Part shown: piece after piece, positions 31,748 to 32,000 of the stretch
Layout: every line of letters begins with the position of its first letter
Numbering within the stretch: position 1 is the stretch's first letter
NCBI GenBank assembly: GCA_902363555.1
Contig: CABJAM010000006.1
Location: 370,432 to 402,431, forward strand
Source: Lachnospiraceae bacterium
GTDB lineage: Bacteria; Bacillota; Clostridia; Lachnospirales; Lachnospiraceae
Reading direction: 5' to 3'
Length of the DNA stretch: 32,000 bases
Made by a program: the position numbers and the translations under genes
The notes under the pieces: generated by a model
The model's database searches: none
What the model was told of the DNA's origin: nothing
Seen by the model: the letters and a program-made list of their open reading frames with translations, nothing else

Positions 31748-32000
31748 GTGTGCAGCGGTACGCCATGACCTGCCGATAAGCAGAATAGCGATGAAAGGTG
31801 GTGAGCGGTCAAATACCGACTCAAAATATCGGGCAGCTCCCGATTTCGCCATGACCCACAAAGAGAACAATGGTACTCCCGTCCAGTCACAGCCCGAACG
31901 GTATCCAACCCGTCGCAGGCAATGAGGGCGGCTCTGTCAGAACGACAGTTGGGGTGGAACTCCCGTGGCGTCAGTTCGCTGCTGACCGTTTGGCGACTTC
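31748..32000 (+). ncRNA. Candidate structured RNA, possibly the 5' end (domain I) of a group II intron starting GUGUG. It continues past the right edge.
   Basis: GC-rich with no credible ORF on either strand. It contains many short hairpins, such as CTGC-cgataa-GCAG and CTGTC-agaac-GACAG. A possible long-range helix pairs 31752-31765 with 31966-31982. The identity is not established. Confidence 0.3.

Noticed and set aside
31513-31908. 131-aa minus-strand ORF
   Set aside because: It overlaps the 3' end of the sigma-like gene and has a composition that does not look protein-like (Cys/His/Leu/Ser-rich, no RBS). The region is better explained as structured non-coding sequence.

Overview
The window is almost entirely mobile DNA of the Gram-positive (Clostridia-type) conjugative-element kind. 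Family names come from motif recall only, because no database search was possible. Layout:
(A) 1 to ~5085, minus strand: a first conjugation module. Order is rep-like HTH initiator, small protein, PcfB-like, TraG/VirD4, small ORF, a ~370-nt hairpin-rich spacer, Maff2, then TrbL/VirB6-like, which runs off the left edge.
(Junction) 5120-6928: a large serine recombinase that lacks its catalytic N-terminus. At ~6847 its 3' end abuts the 3' remnant of an SNF2-type helicase gene (motif VI onward). This looks like one element inserted into a gene of another.
(B) ~6847-24326, plus strand: a second, different conjugation module. It contains Toprim/DUF3991, a DpnD/PcfM-like acidic protein, MobC, relaxase, PcfB-like, ArdC-like, TraG/VirD4, Maff2, TrbL/VirB6-like, PrgI-like, VirB4, sortase B and a lysozyme/CHAP hydrolase.
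Cargo 1 (8251-9932): a low-GC island of two promoter-bearing orphan-gene cassettes, each bounded by the same 12-bp core TACATAGC(T/C)GAG. This is my top candidate for something undescribed.
Cargo 2 (24344 to ~30880, lower GC): an XRE regulator with an in-frame TGA, an OmpR-type two-component system, a LanFEG-like ABC transporter, a small membrane protein, a lipoprotein and an orphan receiver domain.
Right edge: a sigma-70 region-4-like ICE regulator, followed by an ORF-free, GC-rich, hairpin-dense segment. This may be the 5' end of a group II intron or another structured RNA.
No rRNA, tRNA or CRISPR array was seen.
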